Source of the DNA: Chrysemys picta bellii
Lineage: Eukaryota
Length of the DNA: 64,000 nucleotides
Direction: 5' to 3'
Assembly (NCBI RefSeq): GCF_011386835.1
Contig: NC_088805.1
Location: 29,078,001 to 29,142,000 of the forward strand
In this document: one piece after another, positions 9,659 through 50,016 of the stretch
How the letters are laid out: each line of letters starts with the position of its first letter
How positions within the stretch are numbered: the first letter of the stretch is position 1
Notes under the pieces: generated by a model
What the model was told of the DNA's origin: nothing
Seen by the model: only the letters and a program-made list of their open reading frames with translations
Databases searched by the model: none
Made by a program: the position numbers and the translations under genes

Positions 9659-11911
9659 ATGCCGAGGAGTCTGATGGCAAGGGACAGACTGCTGCTCCTC
9701 AAACTGGGCGTCTCCATGGTGTTGCTGGGGTCTCTCCTTCCCAGCACAGGCGCTAGTCCTCATCCACCTCCACGGTTTGCTTCCTATGAAGTGATAGTTC
9801 CGAGGAAGCTAGCACCAAAAGAAGGCAAAGCCACCAAGGACGAGATGTCCTATGCCATCAAGGTGGAAGGAAAGATCCATGTAGTTCACCTAAAGCAGAA
9901 GAAAGGATTCCTAGTAAAAAATTTCCCGGTCTTCACTTATGATGCTAGAGGGCAACTGAGAGTAGATCAACCCCATATTCCAGATGATTGCTACTATCAT
10001 GGGTATGTGGAAAATACCCCAGAGTCTCACGTGGCCCTCAGCACCTGCTCTGGACTCAAAGGGTTTCTCCAGATTGGGAGCTTAAACTATGGCATTGAAC
10101 CCGTGAAGACTTCCTTTACGTTCCAGCACCGTCTTTATCGAACAGAGGAGATGGAACCCAAGGCTGTGACGTGTGAAGTAACTGATGGAGAAAGAAAACG
10201 TCCAGCAACAGTAATGGAGACTAGGAAGGACTTAATAGGTAAAGACCTGTCTATAAGATTCAGACACACCAGGTATCTCGAGCTCTTTATAGTGGTGGAC
10301 AAAAAAATGTTTGACTATCATGGGAAAAATGAAACCAATGTGACATATCTCGTTGTTGACACAGTCAACATGGCAGATTCTCATTTTCAATCTCTAAAGT
10401 TACGTATACTTCTGGTTGGGCTATTGATCTGGACGCAAAGCAACCCCATTAACATTCCTGAAGACATTAGGTTGCTTCTTCAGAGTTTTAATGACTGGAG
10501 AAGACTTAATATTTCTCCACGGGTGAAACATGATGCTGCACACCTATTTATTTATAAAAATTTTGGAGCTCTAGTTGGGAGGGCATATGTCAGTGGGATC
10601 TGTGAAGGCTATTATGGAGCAGGAGTTGAAGCATACATTTATGATTCTCCAGTACTCTTTTCAAAGGTTCTCTCTCATGAACTGGGTCATAATCTTGGCA
10701 TGGAGCATGATCACACAGGCTGTATGTGTGGCAAACACACCAGCTGCATCATGAATGAAGCGAGTTCAAGAACCAGTCTATTCAGTAACTGCAGTAAAAA
10801 TTATTTTTTAGACCTAATGGATAAAGGAAAAGGAAACTGTTTGTTTAACATCCCTGAACCTCACACACTTTTTACCCTTCAGCGCTGTGGTAACAAAGTA
10901 GTGGACCATGGAGAAGACTGTGATTGTGGGAACCTACGAGAATGTAGAAGAGATCCTTGTTGCCATCACAATTGCACACTGAAGCCAGGAGCGGTTTGTT
11001 CTGTTGGACAGTGCTGTAGAAAATGTAAGTTTCTTCCACCAGGAAGAACATGCAGAGCAATTACAGACGAGTGTGACCTGCCCGAGTATTGTGACGGGAT
11101 TTCTGAGTGGTGTCCTGAAGATGTGTATAAGCAGGATGGAAAGGCATGCAGTGACAAAGGCTACTGTTATAAGGGGAAATGCGCCACCCATAATTTACAG
11201 TGTGAAAGTATCTTTGGAAAAGGAGCTAAAGCTGCTCCAGAAATTTGCTTCAACGAACTGAATGTAAAAGCTGATCGGTTTGGCAACTGTGGGGGTGACG
11301 GGAAAGAAACTGCGTTTGAGAAATGCAACCATAGCAACATTTTGTGTGGGAGAGTGCAGTGTGTGAACGTAAAAACCGTACCTGTCTTGGAGGAATATGC
11401 AACCATAATTCAAACCCCTATGGGCAATGGGTGGTGCTGGGGCACAGACTATCATCCAGGGGTAGATATTGTTGACATCGGAGTAGTGGCAGATGGCACA
11501 ACGTGTGGCAACACACAGGTTTGTATGAACCGGACATGTATGGCTGCTTCAGTGATTAAAAGAGCTTGTGATGAAGACAAAAAGTGCAGCGAGAGAGGAG
11601 TTTGCAACAATAATAAAAACTGTCACTGTATCATGGGCTGGGCCCCTCCAAACTGTCAGTTCCATGGCTTTGGAGGAAGCATTGACAGTGGCCCTCCCCC
11701 ACAAATAGTGAGTGGCAAAATCTGGTGGGTTTTTTGGGCAATACTTGGCCTTGCTCTCCTCATCCTCATTGCTCTTATTCTTGCTGTAAGAAGATTCAAA
11801 GAGTCTATCCTATCATGTCTGCGTCGTGCATTCCTCAAGAAGCCGCAACCAAAAGGTCATCCAGCAGAGAAGGATTCAAAGAAGTCGGAAGGAAGGAAAC
11901 CACATAAGTGA
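9659..11911 (+). CDS. ADAM metalloprotease-disintegrin, single coding exon, copy B (ADAM1-like by synteny)
   Basis: 750-aa ORF with the same domain series, zinc motif HELGHNLGMEHD, CIM Met-turn, disintegrin loop ITDECDLPEYC, TM helix and basic cytoplasmic tail. The ATG homologous to copy A is at 9674. Confidence 0.94.
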   Translation: MPRSLMARDRLLLLKLGVSMVLLGSLLPSTGASPHPPPRFASYEVIVPRKLAPKEGKATKDEMSYAIKVEGKIHVVHLKQKKGFLVKNFPVFTYDARGQLRVDQPHIPDDCYYHGYVENTPESHVALSTCSGLKGFLQIGSLNYGIEPVKTSFTFQHRLYRTEEMEPKAVTCEVTDGERKRPATVMETRKDLIGKDLSIRFRHTRYLELFIVVDKKMFDYHGKNETNVTYLVVDTVNMADSHFQSLKLRILLVGLLIWTQSNPINIPEDIRLLLQSFNDWRRLNISPRVKHDAAHLFIYKNFGALVGRAYVSGICEGYYGAGVEAYIYDSPVLFSKVLSHELGHNLGMEHDHTGCMCGKHTSCIMNEASSRTSLFSNCSKNYFLDLMDKGKGNCLFNIPEPHTLFTLQRCGNKVVDHGEDCDCGNLRECRRDPCCHHNCTLKPGAVCSVGQCCRKCKFLPPGRTCRAITDECDLPEYCDGISEWCPEDVYKQDGKACSDKGYCYKGKCATHNLQCESIFGKGAKAAPEICFNELNVKADRFGNCGGDGKETAFEKCNHSNILCGRVQCVNVKTVPVLEEYATIIQTPMGNGWCWGTDYHPGVDIVDIGVVADGTTCGNTQVCMNRTCMAASVIKRACDEDKKCSERGVCNNNKNCHCIMGWAPPNCQFHGFGGSIDSGPPPQIVSGKIWWVFWAILGLALLILIALILAVRRFKESILSCLRRAFLKKPQPKGHPAEKDSKKSEGRKPHK

Positions 11912-12098
11912 AATGCACAATGGAAAATCCATCATTTAGGGTTTCTCATTGCTGCCTTAGGAAGGCTGGTGGTCCTGGAGCATCAGTGGATCCAATTTAC
12001 TAGTTCAGGGGGTTCGTTTAAAGTTATAAATTCTTAGCATTAGCATTAGATCTTCTGTTAAGGAAGACAGAAACTTCAATACGTTTGGTTTGGATATA

Positions 12099-12104
12099 AA
12101 TAAA
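12099..12104 (+). terminator. Candidate polyadenylation signal of ADAM B
   Basis: AATAAA, with further copies near 12122 and 12175. Confidence 0.45.
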
Positions 12105-13099
12105 GACAAGTAAAACTTACCAAATAAACATGAAAGTTTTACAATTTTCAGCTCAGCACCGAATTTGAAAAAATAATAAAGTAAGTTCTTACTAATTAAA
12201 CTGAGTGGCTGGAAGATCATATTGCAAATTATTTATTTAAATTCATGAAAGGTTTTTAAGAGACCCAGCTGAGGCTCTGGACTCTGACATAAATTACAAG
12301 ATAGCTGACTCCATGAGAGCCAACAAAACTCCCTAGCTCTACAAAACTACAGCCCTATCAATCCTATCAGTCTGCAAAAGCCCGATAGAGAGATGCACCA
12401 TTTAGCATGCCATGATGCTCAACTTACACAGGACCTAGTTAGGACTAGAGCTAGTTCCAAAGTTTTAGGTACCTTCATGGAGAATGTAAAGTAGCGAGTA
12501 AGCAAACAAACACTGCTAACAGTCAAAGCTGCTGCCTCACAGAGAGTACTGTGCTTTGGCAACCTCTGATTTTATGGATCTGGACATGTCAAGGCTGATC
12601 TCAGCATTTGTGACAAGGGAAAGGACTAGAAACCTTTTTCTTTTCAAATCAGCCTGGTGGATGTAACTGGTGTAACCCAATCATTAAAGCTTCCTCCCGG
12701 CCATGTGCCACCATCCTGCAGATGAGCTGACTTCTCTGGCAAGTTACCAGAGTGGCTTCTGGGTACAAGAGGGGGCAGCTGAATAGCATGAGAGGCAATT
12801 TGTTCTAGTGGACTAAACATGCTAGGTTTGTTGACAGTGGGAAAATCAGTAGTGTTATTAGCAAGTTTTAAACACCTGTTTTCCCAGTGTAGATAAATCC
12901 CCTGAGAGCGAAGTACTCCTGCATCCTAGTCCTTTCTCTGATGCCTTCTGTGGCTTTGGAAAGTCACTGACCATCTCTGCCTCACTCTCTTTCAGTAGCT
13001 CTGTCTGTAAAATGGGAACAATGATATTGACATGCCTACAACACAAGAGTGGAGGGTATGGTGATAAATTAGTTAATTGATGTTAAGGCCACTGTGATC

Positions 13100-13525
13100 A
13101 TATACTCTGACCTGCTGCATAACCCAGGCCAGTGAATTTCTCCAAATGATTCTGCATAAAGTCCTAACTTGTTTGAGCTACAGAGTGCCTTTTAAAAAGA
13201 CATCCAGTTAAGATTTATAGGCGTCAAGTGATGTGGAAATAGTGACATCCCTAGATAAGTTATTCCAATGGTTAATTAAGATGCAAAATATAACAGTGCA
13301 GTTATTTCTCTGCACTTGTCTCTCTTCAACTTCCAGCCATTTGATCTTCTTTTAACATTGTCTGCTTAAGTGCTTTCTACTCGCAGAAACCTTCTCCCTT
13401 TGCAATTTCGTATAGTCCATGATCAAGTCACCTATTAACCTTCTCTTGGATAAACTAAATAAACTGAGCTGCTTTCGTCTCACTGTATGGCAGGTTTTTC
13501 AGACCTCGTATCACTCTTGGTAAAG
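13100..13525 (-). mobile_element. Degenerate CR1 LINE 3' fragment
   Basis: Resembles reverse-complement CR1 RT end (TTCCAATGGTTAATT...TTCCAGCCATTTGATC...CAAGTCACCTATTAACCTTCTC). Recognised by eye; boundaries approximate. Confidence 0.55.
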
Positions 13526-14392
13526 AGCTCTACTGTGTAAATGGTAAAATTCACCCACACATACAGAAACCCTCCAATGGCTCCTGCCCTCAGGCCCCTA
13601 ACTTATTTGGAGAAGTATCCTTGAAATCCCTTTTAAATTTTGTCATCTATCCATTTCCTCCAGCCTTAACAGCTGCGCTGTGCATCTCCTTCAGTGGGAG
13701 GCTGGTCACGGCATGAAGGTACCCTCAACCCCTTTTCATATACAAGGGAACCTATGTTCTGGGACTACCCCCAAAGAATCATCATGCTCTTCCTCACCGA
13801 AATCCTAGGGCTAGCACCATGCATAGCTATGTGATATCACAGTGGGAATGATTCATTTCTGATTGAAGAGATGGGGGGAGGAAAACCCCTCACACAAGCC
13901 CACCCAAAAAAGGATGCATCCACTCTGAATATTAAATGTTTGCTAGCAATGAAATCTGAGACATCAATAACATTTGACAGGAGTTTGCCCTGTACAAGGA
14001 GGAGATGACAGTGCCCGATTGCAGAGATTGTTACATACTGCGCCACCTAGTGGCTGAACGTAGCATTCCGCCCCAGACACCTAACCTGTTCAGGTGCCTT
14101 TGCATATTTCATTAGGCATCTATATGTAGCTTTAGGCTCCTAAATACCTTTGAAAACCTGGCCCTCAGTGACTGAAGCTTTGAAACCATTCAAAGAGAAC
14201 TACTTAACTAGCGTGCACGGAACAATGGTGTAACTATTACAGTAGTGCTCAAACCCAGAGTAACTCCACTGAATAAAGAGTAATGATATATTAGCAATAC
14301 ATTACCCAATTAAATGTAAGACCTTTTTGATGTGTGGAAGGTATTGTATTCAGAATGATTCTTGACTGCCCCGTGACTGATGGTGTGATACA

Positions 14393-14530
14393 TTTCTAAC
14401 ACAGAACGTGGGGGTGATACGTTTCTAACACAGAATGTGGGGGTACCCAAAATACTCTTTTTTAGTATTAATTAACAATGTCTTGTAGAATACTCTTTTA
14501 GTATTAATTAACAATGATGTGTTGTAGAAT
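14393..14530. repeat. Two adjacent short tandem duplications (about 29-bp and about 38-bp periods)
   Basis: TTTCTAACACAGAAYGTGGGGGT x2, then AATACTCTTTTT(T)AGTATTAATTAACAATG x2. Confidence 0.85.
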
Positions 14531-16080
14531 GTGCACTTCACAACATACAGCTCTCTGGTGAAGATAGTATTAAAACAAGTTTTAATACAAAAGAGCCATC
14601 CAGCCCACAAGCCTAGAGCATGAAACGAATGAACCAGCAAAATCAGAAGAGATCCAAAACGATTATCAGAGAATCATAGATGTTAATGACAGAAAACCCA
14701 TCACTCATCTCTCCAGTTAGACGTAAGCAAGTTACTAGAATCTGGTTTGTCCATCAATTAGATTATAAACTCCTTGGGGCAGGGAATCTGACTTTCTGGG
14801 AAGCACCCTTTATGCTAGTGGGTGCCATAAAATAATTTCTAACAATAATAAAATCCATCTGATGTCCCATCTAGGCCAATCCCAATCAGTACAGGATTGA
14901 ATCCTACAGTATATTTCTCCACTGCCTAGTTTATTCCAGTTTCAACAACTCAAGGTGATGCTGCCATCTCTTTAAGGGAGACCAGTCTCTATTTACACAC
15001 TGCAACTGATAAAACTTTTGTAGATACGTGAAAGAGTCTGCAAACCCTAATGTCCTTCCCTACAGGGGACTCATGAAGCTATAATCTCAGGCACTCTTTA
15101 TCCTCAGTCACATGTTGTAGACTGTTCACCTTCAACCAGACATGGAAGAAGAAGAAAAAATGCTGTTTGAAACATTCCATTGCAGCAGGTGTTTCAGAGG
15201 CAAAGGCCAAAACACTTTTCTTCTTCCCAGTTTAGGAGCCTGAATTTCCTATCATACTACAGAGGTCTGTCAGTATTTCAGTGCTCCAGAATCGAGCAAA
15301 GCGGGGCCTTTAGCTGGCCCCTGGCTTTGTGCTATGTGATAGCACCCTTCAAAATTTCTTGTAACCTTATCCAATAGCCATCCGGGGTGTTTTACAAGCA
15401 TTAGCAATAATGGTTGGGAATAGCACCAAAGACAAGGCCTTTAGCTGAAGTCTAGGTTGAACTAGTACCTCAGCAATATGGTCATTCAAGTGCTACAGCT
15501 GCATGCGTTCAGCTGGTCCTAACTCCGTCCCACAATGCAATGCTTTGTTTTGGAGGATGCTCCAAAGCTTCTGCTCCCACCAAATATACTAGGTGAGCAG
15601 TTGAATTTTTTTTCAGCTTTCTCCAGCTGGCAACTAAGGCTCCAATGCTGCAGCAGAATAACCTGTGGATGTGCAGTTGCCTGCCAATGTGCACCCAGTT
15701 GCTAGATAGGGGTCTTGGTTTGGGGGCTACTTGCCTTTTGACAGTAACCAGCAGAAATCAGCTGAAGGATTCTAATGGAGCCCACTGGAATTTCCTCTTG
15801 GGCAGGAAGAGTAGCTGGAGTGACTGCCGAAGAACAGTGGATTCTGGGTATAGTGAAAAAGCCAAGAAAGTTGACTCAAGGTCATTTGGATCTGACAAGT
15901 CAGGCATTTGCTTTAACTAAAACCATGTTTTCTCCGCTATAATTTGTGGAAATTTGGCTTGGAACCAAGCATTGTCTGTCTATTTGCATCTTTATGAATT
16001 GCCAGTGCCAGTTAACTACCACACAGTTAAAAGAAAGTCAGAAACCTTCCACCCCTAGACTAACCATTGGAGCTGGTGCG

Positions 16081-16270
16081 GTCTAGTGCATAGAGCACAG
16101 ACCTGGAGCCAAGAGCGCCCGTGCTCTAATCCTGACATTGACTTGCGGCATTGCCTTGGACACGTCTCTTAGCTACTCTGTGCCTCAGTTTCCACATCTA
16201 TAAAGTGGAGACTAGACTTCCCTACCCTTCAGGATGTTATGAGGACATATTAGTTAGCTTGTACAGTGTT
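16081..16270 (+). mobile_element. Old CORE-SINE (MIR-like) fragment
   Basis: tRNA-like head followed by core CTCTGTGCCTCAGTTTCCACATCTATAAAGTGG. Confidence 0.55.
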
Positions 16271-16580
16271 TTGAATGTAAAAAGTCCTGCTACTATATAA
16301 ATAACACAGCAATGACATAGCTTGTGTGTGTGTATGTTTGTGCTGCACTGCCCCATACTGGATAGAATCAGAACTGCTCACCTGTGTGTCATTGGTGCTA
16401 TATTGCTGCCAGTGAAGGGTGATTCTCCTTTAGCCCAAATAGAAGGGGCCTGTGAGTGTGGAAGTGAAATGTGTAGGAAAAAGAGGTGCTAAGGTAACAA
16501 TGATGGGACAGCGTAAGAACCTAGCTACATATCCCACTGTTGCAGTAAAGTTCAGCATAGGGATAACAGTGAAGTTTTAG

Positions 16581-16659
16581 TATCAGAGGGGTAGCCGTGT
16601 TAGTCTGAATCTGTAAAAAGCAACAGAGGGTCCTGTGGCACCTTTAAGACTAACAGAAC
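16581..16659 (+). mobile_element. Penelope-like element terminal fragment
   Basis: TATCAGAGGGGTAGCCGTGTTAGTCTG...GTGGCACCTTTAAGACTAAC, same family as 29659-30024. Confidence 0.65.
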
Positions 16660-19600
16660 TATGAAGTCATAGTTAACTCTGGATTTACTACAGATTTTGG
16701 GGCGGGGGGGGGGGGGGAAAACAAGAAATTCACAGTTCTCAAAAGTCTTTTCTCCCTCTTAAGGGATAGTACAAATTAGGGATGAAATGTTAGCCTTATA
16801 TGTGTACTTACTGATTCCTGTTAGCTTCTATCCACTGTTTTAATGCACCTCCTGCTAAACATTTATTAGGATGATAACGTGGCAAATGCCAGCCATCCAG
16901 TGGTTAGCATTACTACATGCAGGAAGGTTTGGAGTTTCTTGGTCTGGAAATGGTCCAGTTCAATGATGGCTTTTCTCCTGTGGTTAAAATGAGTCAAAGT
17001 CTGACGTCCAGCTCCAGACCCGAGCACAGATGCTGAGAAGGACAGACAGTGAGTGCCAATGACGGCATTTGGGGGAGCGTGAAGACCTGTCAGCACTGGC
17101 ACTGACTGTCATTCGTGTCCTCCTAACAACCGGCCTTACTCCAGTGGTGAATCCTGCAAACAGAACTGAGCCTAGCTCAGAGTTTTCTGAGAATCTACAT
17201 CCTAGGTAACCTGGGGCCAAATCCTGAGGTCCTTACTTGGGAAAAGCTCCCAGGGAATAGAATTCCCACCGCCTCAGTGGGAACCTAAGAATTTAGCTTC
17301 TAGACTAAGAGCTTCTGAAAGTAGGGGCTAACTTATCTGTCTGTAAAGCACCATGTGCACCCCTGGGGCTGTATAATGAATGATCACATTACAGTCACCA
17401 AAGGAACCAGACTCTACATCAATGTATTTGTTATAGAACTTAGTGAGACAAGACATGGGATACAACTGCAAGAGACAACACAGGCCAGGGGCATGCGTGA
17501 TTTTGGAGGTTTGCCCCTTGTAGCTGCCCAGATCTATTTAACCTCACTGCTAATGAAAACAGAGAAGTCAGCTTTCATTCCCGTGGCATCTGCAGCTATG
17601 TCATTGTAAGGCGATGTGGCAGTTTTGTTTGCTAAGTCTCTCTAGCCTGCATCTCCAGGCTGAGAGTACTTCGTTTGTGATGGAGCTTACATGTGTTCTT
17701 TCTCTCTCATTTTCCTTAATAAAGTCATCAGGATTGAAAGTACAGGTTGGATCTTGGTTTATGAGAGACAGAGCAGCTACTATAGATCAGTAGCATGTTC
17801 TGTCTGTGCCATAATCTGCTCCCATTCTTCTTAGTTGTGAGCACCTTGGCAGAAGGTAGCCTCAACTCAACTAGTGTTCTGGTGGAAAGGTTTCTGTGAA
17901 ACTCCTACTGTGACCTGTTTAACTGAGTCTTAAATTTCTCTCTCCCTTTGGTTCGAAGTCTGTACTCCCTGCAGGACTGATCCATAACTAATGAAGCTTG
18001 TCCCCAGCTCTACAGGCACACTGTCAGAACGAATAGAACGGCTCTGAGAATAAATGGATTTAAAATATCTAATCTAAAAAAAAATTTGGATTTTTTCTTA
18101 TAAATCCATGAACTTTTTTTTAAATTTTCCCTGCAGCATTCTAAGCCTCAACGCTGGAGCTTTGTGTTAATGCAAGTCCCTTAAACGTCTCTGTGACTCA
18201 GTTTCACCATCTATAAAATGGGAACAATAGTACTGTTGGGAGGGAAGTTCTCACAGTTGGGGAAGGCGGTCCCGGGTCCCCATCCACATACCTCTGCACA
18301 AGTACCAACCCTTTTCCCTAGAGGATTGTTAGACCTCTGGACCAAGTACTCCACTTAACTACAGAACAATCCTTGTATCTAGCTCAGACAGTGCCAGGAA
18401 TAACCCCAGGGAAAGATCTCCAGCAGGAGTTACACAAGCTCCTTTTCCCCTTGGTACAGCACATATCATACATCCCCCCTATACCCTCCTAGGTAAGCAC
18501 TTGCTCCCTGTTTTGAACTGATCCATGGCCCCCTTCAGTCAGTCCTACCTGCCTGGCACTCTGGAGCTGGGGTGCGCTGTACACTCAGAATGGTGGGGTC
18601 CTGCCAACTGGTCTCAGCTGTCCTGTTGGCTCCAGGCTGTGCGGTCTACATTGCTCCCTCTCTGCGATGGCCATGGCAGCTCTTGATTTCTCTCTCCAAA
18701 ACCAAAATCCCCTCCAGCTGCATGCAGTCCTGCTTTCCAGCCCTGCCCTGTCTGCTCATTTGTCCAGAGTCTCCCAGGTGGTCTGTAGCCAACCCCTTGG
18801 CCTTGGTTTGGAGTGATGGTGCTTCCCTCAGCCAATGAGGCTTGAGACTTCTGTGGCCAATAGTCTGTTCCTGTTCCAGAGTGGCGTTTGCCTAATGCAG
18901 TAGGAGTCGGGCATTTGATAGCCAATCACTCACAGCCACCTCACTCCCACAATTGTCTATGCCAGTTTTCCCTGGAAGGGAGGGTCTCTACCCAGTCCCA
19001 CATCCCTATCCCCTAAACATGCTTGTCCTCAGGTCACCATCTGTAAAATGGAGATAATAGAACTTACCTCACAGGTGCAGGAACTAGGGGTGCTGTAGCA
19101 TCCCCTGGCTTGAAGGGGTTTCCATCATATCCAGGGTTTACAGTTTGGTTCAATGGCTCCCAGTTCCCCCAGTGTACAAATTGTTCCAGCCGCCCTGCTC
19201 CCGGGGTGTTTTGGGAATAATTAGCTAATGTCTGTAAGATGTTTGAAGACATGATGCTCTGTAGAAGTGCTACATGTCACTATTACAAATGGACTACAGG
19301 CCAAATCCTGCTCACCTTACTCATGCGAAGAGCCCTCTTGACTTAAATGGGGTTCCTCATTTAAGCACTGTCAGCTGAGCATGATTTGGTCTTTGGAGCA
19401 GAAATTAAACAATTTAGTTTGTTCATTCTCAAAGCCGAGTGAAGCACAAAAAGCAAACAAACAGCATCAATGATGAAAATTAAATTCTGTTTTCCGAGTA
19501 ATGTCTGTGTTAATTTTAAAGCAAAGAAATTTAGTTTATAAAAACATGATGTAACTTCAGTGGGTTTACAGGGCACAGTGATTTTTAACCTGAAAGTGTG

Positions 19601-19684
19601 ACTGGCATGTAGCTGCCAGTGTTGGACTTGTTTGCATTATTGCCTGGAGGTAGAAGAGCATGAGTTATAAATAGTCACCTTGGC

Positions 19685-19690
19685 TTTATT
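19685..19690 (-). terminator. Candidate polyadenylation signal of TMEM116
   Basis: TTTATT on + (AATAAA on -), about 410 nt past the stop codon. Confidence 0.45.
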
Positions 19691-20102
19691 GTTCAATTGT
19701 AATTACAAATATCTGATCATCACTGAGGAAAGACAAACATCCCCTGGTCATCTACCCTTATGAGAAAGGTCTTTAAGGAGCTGTAAAGGATCTCTGATGT
19801 ACAATTCCCAGCAAATCCTGGAGATGTTTCCATAAGGAAAAGACTGCACTAAATGGCTTACAAAGGTAAAATAATCCATTACAAAGTCATAAAAAACTAT
19901 AAAATAAATAATGATCTTCCGTGAAACAGCTGATCTCCAGCTAGATGTGCTCAGGCTTTCCCAGCCTAACTCTGCAGGTGTTACTGACAAAACAGTTCCG
20001 AACAAGAAAATCAGCAGAATAGCTCTGGCTGACGTCTCACAGACGGGACCGGGCCAGGGTTGCAAGGCAACATGCTGCCCATTCCTTCTGGGCAGAGAAT
20101 TC

Positions 20103-48446
<28,344 letters not shown>

Positions 48447-50016
48447 CGGGCGCCGGCAGCCCCTTCCCCGGGGCACTGAGCTCTGCGCTCCTGCCGGGAG
48501 CCACTGCCCGGCTCCTCCTCCCGGCCCGGCTGGTCCTGCCCCCGCCCCGGGGCCGCTGGGCACGGCCACCCCCTGCCAGCCAGGGACCCGGCCGGGGCTA
48601 GAGCCCCCCGGGCAGGGATGCGGTGGGGTGGGGGGGGAGAGGACAGAGGAAGGGGGGATGCCAAAGGGAGGGAGGGCGGAGAAGAGACGGGGCAGAAGCA
48701 GGAGCCGCTCCGACTTTACCCTGCCCCCGTCTGCTTCGCAGGGACCCTACACCTCGCTCCTGCCTCTGGCAAAACTCCCGCTGAACCCAGCGCCCCGGAA
48801 AACTCCGCGTCACATCATGGGTCTGGCCGAGCGGTGTGCACAGCCCCGGGGGAGCAGGGAGCGGGGTTGCTAACTGAGGAGGAGAGAAGGGGAATCGCCT
48901 TTTAACAAACGCAGCCGCCCTCTGTTGTATTGCTCATGCACCTGTCACTGCAGTAGCCAGGGCACTTTGGATGTGTCTGTATAAACTCCCCCCTTCTCCT
49001 TTCCTCTTCTAGGTGGCTATTCCTTCCTTTGCATCTTATTTTGTCCATTTCCCTCCCCGCCCTCAACTCTCTGGGGGCACTGATGACGCCCGTTGTTCTT
49101 CAGCCTCCATTCTTCAAGGAAGGCTTTGGGAAAAGGTGGCTTCCTGCACCTTGCTCTGAAAATGGGCAGGATCAGGACCATCACGTCACAGAAGCACAGA
49201 AGTCACTAAGCAAACTGAGCCCTTCAGTGCAGTTCAAGTTGATGGGAAGCCAGGAGATGTCATTGGCAGGCTCTAGAAACTGCACTAGGGGAGAAACCAA
49301 AACAGAGCATACTGTCTTGTGGGAAAATGCTACTGGAATTGAATCTACTCTGGGAGCAGCATGAATGTTGAGAGCTCTGGGGAAAAGAAGAGGTTAACAT
49401 CCAAGCAGGTTGCTTTACTCAGCTGAGTAAAAGGAATGACGATAATGGGGTGGAAAGTTCCCATAAGGAATTGGAAATGATGCGAGCTTCAGCTTGTGGA
49501 AATTCCTCTGAACTGGGAGATGAGGGGGCTTGCTAGAAATACATCTAATTGGGCTCCTTAAATTGTAAGCGCTGTATTTTCCTGTGTGTCTAGCACAATG
49601 GGCTCCGAGCTTGACTGGAATCTCCTGGCATTCCTGAGATATGAATAGTAAATAATAGCGATGACTCAGGACATCAGGACACCCCTGGTCATCGGGGTGG
49701 TGGTGTAGGCCCAACTCAGGATAACTGCCACTGGGAATAAGGCAACTAACTACCTTTGAGGATCCGGGCCTCAGTGCTTCCACAGCTCCCAATTTCCTTT
49801 ACGGCAGCCTGGGTCAATCTGAAGCAAGGCTGACCTGGCCAGCACTTCCCCCAAAACATGAATTATATTTTGTCTCACTTGGTTTAAATCCTCCTTCTAC
49901 CACAGGACAAGCGGCATTTCTGACCATTTCCAGGGCTGTTTACATTTTACACCTTCTTTATAGGACTGCTGTGCTCACAAGTCAGCACTGCAAGAGAGCT
50001 GGGCAGTAGTTACTAA

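Noticed and set aside
4674-9674. Exact 5000-bp offset between ADAM copies, suggesting an artefact
   Set aside because: The copies differ at many sites, have indels upstream and diverge downstream. The round number is most likely coincidence.
5418-11907. Antisense and alternate-frame ORFs overlapping the ADAM CDSs
   Set aside because: Shadow ORFs of the true coding frames.
12200-19600. Third ADAM copy or pseudogene between ADAM B and TMEM116
   Set aside because: No ADAM motifs seen; the interval looks like old CR1/SINE fragments and unique non-coding DNA.
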